Origin: Myxococcales bacterium SG8_38 | GTDB taxonomy: Bacteria > Myxococcota_A > Polyangia > Polyangiales > Houyiibacteriaceae | DNA length: 64,000 bases | Reading direction: 5' to 3' | NCBI GenBank assembly: GCA_001303415.1 | Contig: LJTN01000010.1 | Span: forward strand, 2,140-66,139 | Shown: positions 1 to 8,967 of the stretch, in pieces | Numbering within the stretch: position 1 is the stretch's first letter | How the letters are laid out: each line of letters opens with the position of its first letter | The notes under the pieces: model-generated | What the model saw: the letters and a program-made list of their open reading frames with translations, nothing else | Database searches by the model: none | Told to the model about the DNA's origin: nothing | Translations under genes and position numbers: made by a program

Positions 1-200
1 CCAAGCGACGAGTCGCCACCTCTCCCACGAAAGCGCAAAAACGCAGGCGGCTCGAAGAGAAACGCCGTCAAAGTGAGAGGAAAAGGGCGCGCGGACGCGT
101 TGGAATTTCAGACGAGTGAGCCCCAACCTGTAGCGCTGCACGGTGAGAGCGCACGATTTCAGCTTGTCGAGCACGTGAGGACGGAACACACGTCTTGCGT

Positions 201-983
201 ATGCTCACGCTCTACGGAAATGCGTTCAGTCCCTTTTCGCGCAAAGTGCAGATGGTGCTGGACTACAAGGGGCTCGATCACGAAATGATCGACGGCCTCG
301 CCCGCACCAACCGGGAGAGGCTCGCGGCGGTGAACAAGAGGCTCGAAGTCCCCGTTCTCGACCACGACGGCGTGATCGTCGTCAACTCCGCGGACATCGT
401 GGCCTATCTCGAACGCGTCTTTCCCGAGCGGCCCATTTATCCGCGGGACGACGAGACGTGGGTGAAGGCACGCGCATGGGAGCGCTGCGCCGACTCCGTC
501 ATCGACCCGATCGTGGTGGACATCAGCTACTGGCACTGGGCGATCCGACCCGATCGCATGCCGGAAGGTCTCCTCCACGCAGCCCGCACGGATCTGGCAA
601 CGATCTACGCGGCGCTCGACCAGGAGCTCGAGGGCCGCGAGTGGGTTTGCGGCGAGCTTTCGATCGCAGACATTGCGCTTTTTCCTCACCTCAGCGGCAC
701 GCGACTTCTTCAGGTGCCGTTCGATCCGTCCCGTCATCCCAATCTGCACGCCTGGTACAAGCGTTGCCGGGAGGAGAAGATTTTTGCGGACGACCTTCGG
801 CGTACGAAAGCTTACCTCGCACATCCAGACGCGATGGACGGGGAGCGTGAGAAGATCTTTTGGCGAGGGGATCGCATCGAGTGGCTCTTGGCGCGCGGCT
901 ACCACGAGTGGTTCGTCAACGAGATCGAAGAAGGTCGTGTCCTTTGGCCCAAGCTCGCCATTCCAGCATCGACTGCCGCTTGA
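201..983 (+). CDS. Glutathione S-transferase family protein
   Basis: ORF 195-983 (TTG) trimmed to ATG 201. N-terminal thioredoxin-like GST domain (LYGNAFSPFSRKV, VPVLDHDG) plus helical C-terminal GST domain. Confidence 0.8.
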   Translation: MLTLYGNAFSPFSRKVQMVLDYKGLDHEMIDGLARTNRERLAAVNKRLEVPVLDHDGVIVVNSADIVAYLERVFPERPIYPRDDETWVKARAWERCADSVIDPIVVDISYWHWAIRPDRMPEGLLHAARTDLATIYAALDQELEGREWVCGELSIADIALFPHLSGTRLLQVPFDPSRHPNLHAWYKRCREEKIFADDLRRTKAYLAHPDAMDGEREKIFWRGDRIEWLLARGYHEWFVNEIEEGRVLWPKLAIPASTAA

Positions 984-1098
984 ACCCGAGAGCCGCATGC
1001 GAATACTCTCGATCCCCGCCAGGTTCACGAAAAGGCATTGGCGGCCGGGGTCGAATCGACACTCCACGTGGGGCGAGACATGCAGCACGATTGGCCCC

Positions 1099-2322
1099 TC
1101 ACGCTTCCCTGGCTCGACGAGAGCCGCGATGCCTGGTCCTCGATTGCGGCGTTCGTGGCGCGCCACGGCCGACTCGCAGCAAGCAAACCTTGAGGTAGTC
1201 TCCTTCGGGGAATGATCGAAGCGTCGGATGATCCGGCGCAGCGCCCCAAGATTCGATGATGTCAGCCGAGCGCCGTGCGGCGTACGCGCCCTCCCGAAGT
1301 GAAGCTTCGAAAGCGTCCTGCGTGATGTGGCTCGAGCAGGAAGCTGCAAGATAGAGCCCGCCCTCGCGAACGTGCCGCAGGCAGCTTTGATGTAGCTTCT
1401 GGTATGCACGGGTTGCTTTCGGAACGGCCCGCTGGCTCGGGGCAAAGCTCGGGGGGTCGGCGATCACGATGTCGAACTGGTCGTCGCCGCGGAGGGCGTT
1501 CATGAAGCGAGGGACATCGGACGCCACGACTCGGTGTCTCGAGCGGTCGAGCGCATTGGCGTCCCAGCTCTTTTCGGCAAGCTCGAGCGCCGGGCGAGCG
1601 GCATCGACGGTCACGACCTCGGTTGCGTTCCCGAGGCCCGCCGCGACCGAGAAGCCCCCCGTGTACCCGTACAAATTCAATACGCGGGAGCCGTCGCTCA
1701 CTTGGCGAACACGCCAGCGCGACTCGCGATGATCCAGGAAAAGGCCGGTCTTCTGTCCGTGCCAAAGGCTCGCGACGAGCTTCATGCCCCGCTCGAGCAC
1801 GGTCACCAGCTCGGGCGGACGCTCCCCCCATACGTGCTGCACCCCGAACCCTTCCTGCTTCGGCACTCGAGCGACCCCGCCGCGCACCCCGATCTGCCGA
1901 AGCTCCGGCGTCAACACCTCGAGCCACATGGGCAGCCACGATTGCAGCGCCGGGCTGTCGAAGCTGAGCACCGCATACGCAGCGTAGATGTCTACCACGA
2001 ACCCCGGAAGCCGGTCCCCTTCGCCATGGACGAGCCGATACGCGTTCGTCTCGGGGGGCAGGATCCGCCGACGGAGCGCGGACGCCTCCGAGAGGCGCTC
2101 CGCAAACAGGCTCGCGTCCACGGGCTCGTCGTGCGTGGTGAACACGCGAATGGCGATTGGGCCTTCGTCCGAGATGCCGCGGCAGACGAATCGACCGTTC
2201 CGGCCGTGGACGGCGACGACCCGACCCGCCGTCGCCGGTGGGTCGCGCAGGGCTTTGCGATACACCCAAGGGTGGCCCGAGCGTAGGACCCGCTCCAAAG
2301 GAACGCGAAGCTTCAGCGCCAT
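1099..2322 (-). CDS. rlmI: 23S rRNA m5C methyltransferase RlmI-like (PUA + class I SAM methyltransferase)
   Basis: Colinear with E. coli RlmI: HPWVY, YRLVHGEGDRLPG, GQKTGLFLDHRE, VLNLYGYTGGFS, ADPPSF, PEGDYLK. Start moved to ATG 2322 (MALKLRV) inside ORF 1099-2490. Confidence 0.8.
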   Translation of the reverse strand: MALKLRVPLERVLRSGHPWVYRKALRDPPATAGRVVAVHGRNGRFVCRGISDEGPIAIRVFTTHDEPVDASLFAERLSEASALRRRILPPETNAYRLVHGEGDRLPGFVVDIYAAYAVLSFDSPALQSWLPMWLEVLTPELRQIGVRGGVARVPKQEGFGVQHVWGERPPELVTVLERGMKLVASLWHGQKTGLFLDHRESRWRVRQVSDGSRVLNLYGYTGGFSVAAGLGNATEVVTVDAARPALELAEKSWDANALDRSRHRVVASDVPRFMNALRGDDQFDIVIADPPSFAPSQRAVPKATRAYQKLHQSCLRHVREGGLYLAASCSSHITQDAFEASLREGAYAARRSADIIESWGAAPDHPTLRSFPEGDYLKVCLLRVGRGAPRTPQSRTRHRGSRRAREA

Positions 2323-2480
2323 CTCCTGCACGTTGGTTGCACCGTGTCCCCGACTGCGTCCAACATCCAGCCGAAACCGTCTCGCGGGTCCGTCACCTCG
2401 GCTTGACAGAGCGCTTCGCGCGAGGTCACCGTCTTTTTGCGATGACGCCTTGGCAGACAGGCAATCGAAAGTAGCGCCCC

Positions 2481-4847
2481 GTGAACGCACTCGACCGGAA
2501 GCTATTTCGTGAGGTCATTCGGCTCCGCGGCCAAGCCCTGACCATTGCCGTCGTCGTGGCGTCCGGTGTCGCCTGTTACATCTCGTTGCAGAGCGCATGG
2601 CGAGCGCTCTACGACTCGCGCGACCTCTACTACGAGACCAACCGATTCGCCGACGTCTTCGTACGTTTGAAGCGGGCGCCCAAGGCCGTCGCCGGGCGAA
2701 TCGGCGAGCTACCAGGGGTGGCGCGTGCCTATCCCAGGATCGTGAAGCAGGTGCGCCTGCCGATGGACGATCTCGTCTCGCCAGCGCGCGGCGATCTGAT
2801 TTCCGTCCCGTCGAGCGGCCGTGCTCCTCTCAACGGCTTGGTGCTTCGCGCCGGACGCAATCTCGAGCCCGGACACTACGACGAAGTGTTGGTGAACGAG
2901 CCGTTTGCAAAGGCGCATGGCCTCGAGCCCGGGGACCACTTGTCGGCGGTCATCAACGGCAAGCTACGCGAGCTTCTGATCGTCGGGCACGCGCTTTCTC
3001 CGGAGTACGTCTTCGCGGTGGACACAGGTCTGCTCATGCCCGACGATGCGCGATTCACCCCGATCTGGATGCTCGAGGACTCGATCGCAGCCGCCTATCA
3101 AATGGAGGGCGCCTTCAACGACGTGGCAGTCAAGCTCGAGCCGGGCGCGAATGAAGATGCCGTGCTGACGGCGATCGACCGCGTGCTCGAGCCGTATGGC
3201 GGCCTCGGCGCCTTCACCCGAGAGCACCAGCTCTCACATTCGATCCTAACCAGCGAGATTCAGGGAATCGAGACCCTCGTGGTGTTTCTCCCCGCGGTCT
3301 TTCTGGGCGTCGCCGCCTTTCTACTCAACGTCGTGTTCAGCCGTTTGGTGTCGTTGCAGCGACCCCAGATCGCAGTGCTCAAGGCGTTGGGGTACCGCAG
3401 CCAAACCATCGGGCTGCACTACTTCAAGATGGTGGCGATGATCGTCACTGGCGGCGCTCTCGCAGGCGTCGGCCTGGGCGTCTGGCTGGGCAAGGAAATA
3501 CTCGCCATGTACGCGGAGCTCTTCCGGCTCCCGCAAATGCCCCAACGGGTCGATCTCTCGGTCAGCGTCAACGCGATTCTATTCAGCTTGGTGGCAGGGG
3601 CACTGGGAGCATCGCTCTCGGTTCGGTCGGCGGTACGGCTTCCTCCCGCCGAGGCCATGCGCCCTCCCGCGCCAGCGATTTATCAGGTTGCAGCCGTCGA
3701 ACGCTGGGGCTTCAGCAAGTGGCTTACTCAGCCAGCCAAAATGGTGATCCGGGAGATCTGGCGGCATCCGGGCCGGACGGCGCTGTCCTCTCTCGGAATC
3801 GCGCTGGCCCTATCCATCGTGATCTTGGGTAGGTTCGGCTATGACGCGTATGGGCCGATGATGATGCTGCAGTTCGAGAACCAGCAACGCGAGGATCTCA
3901 CCGTGAGCTTCGTCGAAGCAATGCCCGATCGAGGCCTCGGCTACCTCGCACACGTGCCGGGCGTCGAAGAAGTCGAAGGGCTCCGGGCGACCCCGGTGCG
4001 GATGCGCTCGAAGCATCGCTGGCGAGACACGATGCTGATCGGCATCCCCCAGAGCTCGAAGCTTCGCCAGTTGTTCGACCTCGATTTCGAACGCGTGCCC
4101 ATCCCCAAAGAAGGGGTCCTTCTGACCAACGTCCTCGCCGAGATTCTCGACGTTCAGCCTGGCGACGTCATCGATGTCGAGCTCAAGGAAGGAGATCGCG
4201 GTGACCGTGAGCTCGTGGTGGCGGGACTCATCGAAGAGGGCTTCGGCTTGCAGGGGTATCTCTCCAAATCGCACCTTCATGGTCTCTTGCGCGAGGCGCC
4301 TACGTTCTCGTCGGCGCTTCTTCGCATCGACGAGCCGATGGAAAGCGTGGTGCAGTCCCGGCTGAACGACATCCCCGCCATCCAAGCGGTATCGCGAAAG
4401 AGCGACGCCCTGGCCAGCTTCGAGACGCAGACCGAAGAGACCATGAGGGTGATGACGTTCATCATGACGCTTTTCGCGACCGCCATCGCAATCTCCATCG
4501 TCTACAACAACGCGCGGGTGAGCGTGTCGATGCGAGGTCGCGACTTGGCGACGCTACGGGTGCTCGGGTTTACACGCGGGGAGATCTCGGCCATCCTGAT
4601 CGGCGAGCAAGCCGTGCAAATCGCGCTCGCCATCCCTCTGGGCCTCGTGCTAGGCACTCTCGGCGCCAAAGCCTTGATCGCGTCCTGGACCGACCCGGAG
4701 ATCTTCAGGATTCCTTTCATCATTTCCGACCAAACCTACGCGTTTGCCGTTGCCGTGGTATTGCTGTCGGGCATGGCAAGCGCCCTGCTAGTGCGACGGA
4801 AGCTAGACCGACTCGATTTGATCGGTGTCCTCAAGGCCCGCGAGTGA
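2481..4847 (+). CDS. ABC transporter permease, FtsX/MacB type with duplicated permease module
   Basis: 788 aa, GTG start. N-terminal TM followed by a large periplasmic domain and an FtsX 4-TM bundle, repeated twice. No ATPase gene adjacent. Confidence 0.8.
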   Translation: MNALDRKLFREVIRLRGQALTIAVVVASGVACYISLQSAWRALYDSRDLYYETNRFADVFVRLKRAPKAVAGRIGELPGVARAYPRIVKQVRLPMDDLVSPARGDLISVPSSGRAPLNGLVLRAGRNLEPGHYDEVLVNEPFAKAHGLEPGDHLSAVINGKLRELLIVGHALSPEYVFAVDTGLLMPDDARFTPIWMLEDSIAAAYQMEGAFNDVAVKLEPGANEDAVLTAIDRVLEPYGGLGAFTREHQLSHSILTSEIQGIETLVVFLPAVFLGVAAFLLNVVFSRLVSLQRPQIAVLKALGYRSQTIGLHYFKMVAMIVTGGALAGVGLGVWLGKEILAMYAELFRLPQMPQRVDLSVSVNAILFSLVAGALGASLSVRSAVRLPPAEAMRPPAPAIYQVAAVERWGFSKWLTQPAKMVIREIWRHPGRTALSSLGIALALSIVILGRFGYDAYGPMMMLQFENQQREDLTVSFVEAMPDRGLGYLAHVPGVEEVEGLRATPVRMRSKHRWRDTMLIGIPQSSKLRQLFDLDFERVPIPKEGVLLTNVLAEILDVQPGDVIDVELKEGDRGDRELVVAGLIEEGFGLQGYLSKSHLHGLLREAPTFSSALLRIDEPMESVVQSRLNDIPAIQAVSRKSDALASFETQTEETMRVMTFIMTLFATAIAISIVYNNARVSVSMRGRDLATLRVLGFTRGEISAILIGEQAVQIALAIPLGLVLGTLGAKALIASWTDPEIFRIPFIISDQTYAFAVAVVLLSGMASALLVRRKLDRLDLIGVLKARE

Positions 4848-4922
4848 GCGTCCCAAGTCCGCCTTTCCTGCCAGGCAACGCTGGTCGAAAGCACGGTGCG
4901 CCAACTGACGCTGAGGGTCTAG

Positions 4923-5798
4923 TCAGTACAGGAGCTCGACCCAGCGGCCGCCCGCGGTGAGCTCGGCCTTGCGTCGCGCCCATTTGTCCTCTGAGCCGGC
5001 GATCTCGCTGAACGCCTGATCGAGCTCGTCGCGCATCTTTTCGAGCCCGGCCACGTACACGTAGGTGTTCGGTTGCTCGAGAAGCTTCCATAGCTCCTTT
5101 CCGCGCTGGGAGAGCGCGCCCTCCCAATCGATGGGAGCGGCCCAGGCGGGCCTCGGGCTCAGCGCCTTGAATGCCTGGAAGGTTTCCTTGTCGTAATATT
5201 GTGCAAAGTCGTCCCGTTCGTCATTCATGTAGAGGAGCTCGAGGCCGCTTCGAGCCCCATAGAAGAGCGTGATGGTGCCCTTCCAGTCCGGGACGTTCTT
5301 GTACAGGTGCTTCACGAAGGCCCGGAATGGAGCGATTCCCGTGCCAGTCCCGATGAGGATCAAGTTGGCGTCCATCTCTTCGGGAACGTCGAATGCCAAA
5401 CCGTATGGGCCGGACATGGTGATGCTGTCGCCGGGCGCCAAATCACACAGATAGTTGCTGGCGACGCCCGGATACTCCTCCCCGCTGTACTTGTCGACGT
5501 AGCTCGTGCGGCGAACGACGATCTTGATCCGGGGAAGCCCTGCGGCTTCGCGATCCGGAAGGTCGGCCACGCTGTAAAGACGAAAGTGATGCTCTTGCCC
5601 GAACTCCTTGGCCCCCGGCGCGAGCACGCCGACATTTTGGCCGAGCTCGAGCTCGAAGCCCGGCTTCTCAATTTCCAATGTCAGCTCGCGGACCTCGATA
5701 TCAGACGCTTCCGGCGTGATCCGCTCGCTGGCGACCACGGTGGCCTGGAACCGTCGCCGGGTGTCGTAGTCTTCAAGATGGGTGACTGCAGTATTCAT
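4923..5798 (-). CDS. Ferredoxin-NADP+ reductase, plant/plastidic type
   Basis: RLYSVAD (FAD), GVASNYLC, GTGTGIAPFR (NADP), YVYVAG, C-terminal Tyr. ATGA overlap with the upstream small ORF. Confidence 0.88.
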   Translation of the reverse strand: MNTAVTHLEDYDTRRRFQATVVASERITPEASDIEVRELTLEIEKPGFELELGQNVGVLAPGAKEFGQEHHFRLYSVADLPDREAAGLPRIKIVVRRTSYVDKYSGEEYPGVASNYLCDLAPGDSITMSGPYGLAFDVPEEMDANLILIGTGTGIAPFRAFVKHLYKNVPDWKGTITLFYGARSGLELLYMNDERDDFAQYYDKETFQAFKALSPRPAWAAPIDWEGALSQRGKELWKLLEQPNTYVYVAGLEKMRDELDQAFSEIAGSEDKWARRKAELTAGGRWVELLY

Positions 5799-6010
5799 CG
5801 CATCTCCTCCTCGGCCTCACACGTTCCGCTGTCGGTTCCTTCGTGGCATCGTTGCGAACGGCCGCAATCGCCGCAGCCGGGGCGTCCTGCAAGCGCGTCG
5901 GGGTCATCTCCCGCGTCGGGAAACGATTTCCTCCAGGCGCGTTGCACGCCGACCCATGCTGCGGACAACAGCACGAACGCTCCCACCCCGATGATGTAGT
6001 GGTGCAACAT
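5795..6010 (-). CDS. Small single-TM membrane protein with a 4-Cys C-terminal motif (NqrM-like candidate)
   Basis: 71 aa from ATG 6010, preceded by GGAGG 8 nt upstream. One TM (IIGVGAFVLLSAAWVGV), then GCGDCGRSQRCHEGTDSGTC. Sits between rnfA and the FNR gene with tight junctions. Confidence 0.5.
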   Translation of the reverse strand: MLHHYIIGVGAFVLLSAAWVGVQRAWRKSFPDAGDDPDALAGRPGCGDCGRSQRCHEGTDSGTCEAEEEMR

Positions 6011-6014
6011 CGTC

Positions 6015-6596
6015 CTAACCTCCAAGCCCCCCGAAGCCCATGAAGGTCACCGAAAGCAGCCCGGCGAGCATCAACGCCATCGCCGTGCCCTTCGTCACGT
6101 CTGGCACCTCCGCGAGATCGAGCTTCTCACGCAGGCCGGCCATGAGCACCAGGGCTAGGGTAAACCCGGCTCCTGCGCCAAGCGCGTAGACGATGGACTG
6201 CACGAAGCCATACCCCTTGTTGGTTTGAAAAAGCGCCAACCCGAGGATGGCGCAATTGGTGGTGATGAGGGGCAAGAAGATTCCGAGGGCGCGGAAGAGG
6301 GCCGGGCTGAACTTCTTGATGAACATCTCGACCAGTTGCACCGTAGATGCGATCACGGCGATGAACGAGATGAGCTTGAGGTACGGCGCGTCGATCGCGA
6401 CCAGCAGCGCCTGAATTCCGAAGGCACAGACGGAGCTCACCAGCATGACGAACGTCACCGCGCCCCCCATGCGCGTGGCCGTCTCGAGCTTCGATGAAAC
6501 GCCGAGGAAAGGGCAAATGCCAAGGAAGTACGCCAACACGAAGTTGTTGACGAGTGAGGCGTTGATGAAGATCGACCACAGGGACTCCTGATTCAT
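6015..6596 (-). CDS. rnfA: Rnf electron transport complex subunit A
   Basis: 193 aa polytopic protein of the RnfA/NqrE family (NNFVLAYFLGICPFLG, LPLITTNCAILG). GGAGG SD. Start trimmed from ORF 6015-7382. Confidence 0.93.
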   Translation of the reverse strand: MNQESLWSIFINASLVNNFVLAYFLGICPFLGVSSKLETATRMGGAVTFVMLVSSVCAFGIQALLVAIDAPYLKLISFIAVIASTVQLVEMFIKKFSPALFRALGIFLPLITTNCAILGLALFQTNKGYGFVQSIVYALGAGAGFTLALVLMAGLREKLDLAEVPDVTKGTAMALMLAGLLSVTFMGFGGLGG

Positions 6597-7249
6597 CGAG
6601 CTGCCTCCTCGGTGAGCGAGAGCGTGGCCGCCCTTTCTCTTTGGGCTTTGCGCTGCTTGATCCAGTTGAAGAGCAGCAGCCAACCGGCCAGCGTGAAGAA
6701 GCCCCCGCTCGGCAGAACCATCACGACCCAATCTTGAAAGGCATCGTGAAACAAGGAAACGCCGAAAAGCGACCCGGCGCCGAATATCTCCCGCACCGCG
6801 CCGATCGAAAAGAGGGCGAAGGCAAATCCGACTCCCATGCCCAGGCCGTCCATGGTGGATCGTGCGATCGTGTTCTTCGAGGCAAAGGCCTCGGCCCGGC
6901 CGAGGATCAGGCAATTGACCACGATGAGGGAGATGAAGGCGCCAAGCGCCTTGTAGAGGTCGAGGCTGATCGCCTGGATCACGTAGTCCACCAGGGTGAC
7001 GAAGGTCGCGATGACCAATATGTAGGTCGCGATGCGTACCTCTTTCGGAATGAAGCTCCTGAGCGATGACACCACCATGTTGGACATCACCAGCACGAAT
7101 GCCGTGGCCAAACCCATGGCCAGCGCGTTTCTCGCCGTGTTGGATACCGCCAAGGCAGGGCACATCCCCAGCACTTGAACGAACACGGGGTTGTCCTTCC
7201 AAAGGCCCTTGATGAACTCGTCCGTGGTGGTCTTGGTGGAGACTGCCAT
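6593..7249 (-). CDS. rnfE: Rnf electron transport complex subunit E
   Basis: 218 aa of the RnfE/NqrD family (NPVFVQVLGMCPALAVS, SLIVVNCLILGRAEAFA). GGGAGG SD. 4-nt overlap with rnfA. Confidence 0.93.
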   Translation of the reverse strand: MAVSTKTTTDEFIKGLWKDNPVFVQVLGMCPALAVSNTARNALAMGLATAFVLVMSNMVVSSLRSFIPKEVRIATYILVIATFVTLVDYVIQAISLDLYKALGAFISLIVVNCLILGRAEAFASKNTIARSTMDGLGMGVGFAFALFSIGAVREIFGAGSLFGVSLFHDAFQDWVVMVLPSGGFFTLAGWLLLFNWIKQRKAQRERAATLSLTEEAAR

Positions 7250-7252
7250 GGT

Positions 7253-7945
7253 CTACTCGCCTCCCTGGAAGTCCTGCAGATTGCGTTGGATGCGTGGAAT
7301 CCATTGCTGGGCGCTTTGGTTCAGGATGTTGGCAATGGCCTCCGAGGAGATCGTGGCGCCCGTGATGCCATCTACCTCCCATGGTTGCGTCTTGTTGCCA
7401 TGCCTGACCGGTACGATGGGATGCGCCAGGGACGATTGGTCTTGCGCCAGCGAGACGTCGAGGCGCTCGAAGTTCTCGAGGAAGCCGGGGTCAGTCTCGA
7501 TCTTGTCGCCGAGCCCCGGCGTTTCCTTGCTCTCGAGCACCTGCGTTCCAATGATGGCTTCGTCGGCAAAGGAGTAGCCGTAGATCAGGCGGATGACGTC
7601 CTGGTAACCCATGCCTTGAGCTTCCACCGCGAGGCCGACGAGCTTCTGGTCATCGTCGTAGCCCGCGTAGACCAGCGGCTCGCCGTCGCCGCCCGCGGCG
7701 CTCCCGTCTACGGGTGCGAAATCGCCGGAGTCGCGGAGGCGAAAGGTGGTACTGGCCGTAGCGTCAGGCAAAACCTGGAAGATGGCGCTCTGCAACGCCT
7801 CTGCCTTGTTGCGCTCGATGACCGGCCGTGTCGCTTGAAACACGCCCACGATGAGGAGACCGCAACAGACACCCACGCCGACCATGGCGCGGTACATGTG
7901 CCAGGTGCTGGTCGGCGCCGGGCTGGCGGGCAACGCTCGGCTCAC
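7253..7945 (-). CDS. rnfG: Rnf electron transport complex subunit G (FMN-binding)
   Basis: N-terminal TM, FMN_bind domain, flavinylation motif GITGATISS. GTG 7945 has AAGGAGG 7 nt upstream and overlaps the rnfD stop (GTGA). Alternative ATG at 7897. Confidence 0.85.
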   Translation of the reverse strand: MSRALPASPAPTSTWHMYRAMVGVGVCCGLLIVGVFQATRPVIERNKAEALQSAIFQVLPDATASTTFRLRDSGDFAPVDGSAAGGDGEPLVYAGYDDDQKLVGLAVEAQGMGYQDVIRLIYGYSFADEAIIGTQVLESKETPGLGDKIETDPGFLENFERLDVSLAQDQSSLAHPIVPVRHGNKTQPWEVDGITGATISSEAIANILNQSAQQWIPRIQRNLQDFQGGE

Positions 7946-8967
7946 GATGCGGCCTCCTTGGTTGCCGTGCCGTAAACCCGCGGCCGGAACCAGCGATCGA
8001 GGTGCGGGGTGACCGCGTTGCCGAGAAGAATGGCGTACATCACGCCCTCCGGAAGGCCGCCCCAGGTCCGGATCACCACGGTCACCACGCCGATCAGCGC
8101 TCCGTAGAGATAGCAACCGATCGAAGTCATGGGCGAGCCCACCATGTCGCTCGCCATGAACATCGCGCCGAGCATCAGCCCTCCCGAGAAGATCATGAAG
8201 ACCGGCGATGCATACCGGGTCGGGTCCACGAGATGGAGGGCGCCGCTCAGCACGAACACCGCGGCGATGATCGAAACCGGGATCCGCCAGTTCATCATGT
8301 TGCGAGCGATGAGATAGAGGCCACCCAAGATGATGAGGATGCTCGAGGTCTCGCCCGCCGAGCCGCTCGTGAAGCCCGTGGCGAGGTCAGCAACGGCGGT
8401 GGTTTCTCGGCTGAACTTCCACAGCGCGAGCGGGGTGGCGCTGGTGACGGCGTCGACCGTCGGCTCGGTGAAGGGCAAGGTCAAGGTGGACGACGGCAAC
8501 GAGGTGAAACGACCCGCGGTAAAACCAGCGATCCATGTGGTCATGGCCACGGGAAAAGCCGCCTGGAGCACGGCACGGCCCACCAACGCGGGATTGAACG
8601 TGTTGTAGCCCAAGCCGCCGAACAAGGCCTTGCCCATGGCCACGCAGATGACGCCTCCGACGGCAACCATCCACAGTGGAAGGCTCGGTGGAAGCGTGAG
8701 GCCGTAGAGGAGTCCGGTGATCGTCACCGACCAGTCTCCGATGGTGGTGGGCTTGCCCGTTGCGCGGCAGATGAGGTGCTCGGTCAACACGCACGATACC
8801 AGCGCCATCGAGAGCGTCAGCAGGCCGGCGAGACCGAACGCAAAGATGGCGAACGCCGTGACGGGAAGCAGCGCGAGCACCACGTTGAACATGATGCTGT
8901 CCACGCTGTAGCCGCTCAGGATGTGTGGCGAGGTGCGGATCTCGAGTGTTTTGCCCGGCGCCGGCAT
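7942..8967 (-). CDS. rnfD: Rnf electron transport complex subunit D
   Basis: 341 aa polytopic protein of the RnfD/NqrB family (TSPHI, NPALVGRA, VDAVTSATPL flavin site, FMASDMV). ATG 8967 overlaps the rnfC stop. Trimmed from ORF 7942-9813. Confidence 0.93.
   Translation of the reverse strand: MPAPGKTLEIRTSPHILSGYSVDSIMFNVVLALLPVTAFAIFAFGLAGLLTLSMALVSCVLTEHLICRATGKPTTIGDWSVTITGLLYGLTLPPSLPLWMVAVGGVICVAMGKALFGGLGYNTFNPALVGRAVLQAAFPVAMTTWIAGFTAGRFTSLPSSTLTLPFTEPTVDAVTSATPLALWKFSRETTAVADLATGFTSGSAGETSSILIILGGLYLIARNMMNWRIPVSIIAAVFVLSGALHLVDPTRYASPVFMIFSGGLMLGAMFMASDMVGSPMTSIGCYLYGALIGVVTVVIRTWGGLPEGVMYAILLGNAVTPHLDRWFRPRVYGTATKEAAS

Noticed and set aside
159-1445. Long ORFs antisense to or overlapping well-supported genes. 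Examples: 159-1445(-), 1262-2269(-), 5199-5999(+), 8002-9192(+), 11194-12180(+), 14071-15423(+), 21310-22608(-), 24839-25792(-), 41738-42724(-), 42901-43980(-), 43893-45095(+), 45855-47177(+), 54804-56234(+).
   Set aside because: These are typical shadow ORFs of high-GC DNA. Their translations are Arg/Ala/Gly/Pro-rich with no domain motifs, and each lies opposite a gene with clear family signatures.
6015-7382. 5'-extended ORF versions in the track: 6015-7382, 7942-9813, 15386-16495, 16258-17994, 18712-20673, 30173-31432, 40428-41819, 49756-51114, 20580-21365.
   Set aside because: The upstream extensions run through the preceding gene in another frame and look non-proteinaceous. Internal starts with SD sites or operon junctions give products matching family lengths.
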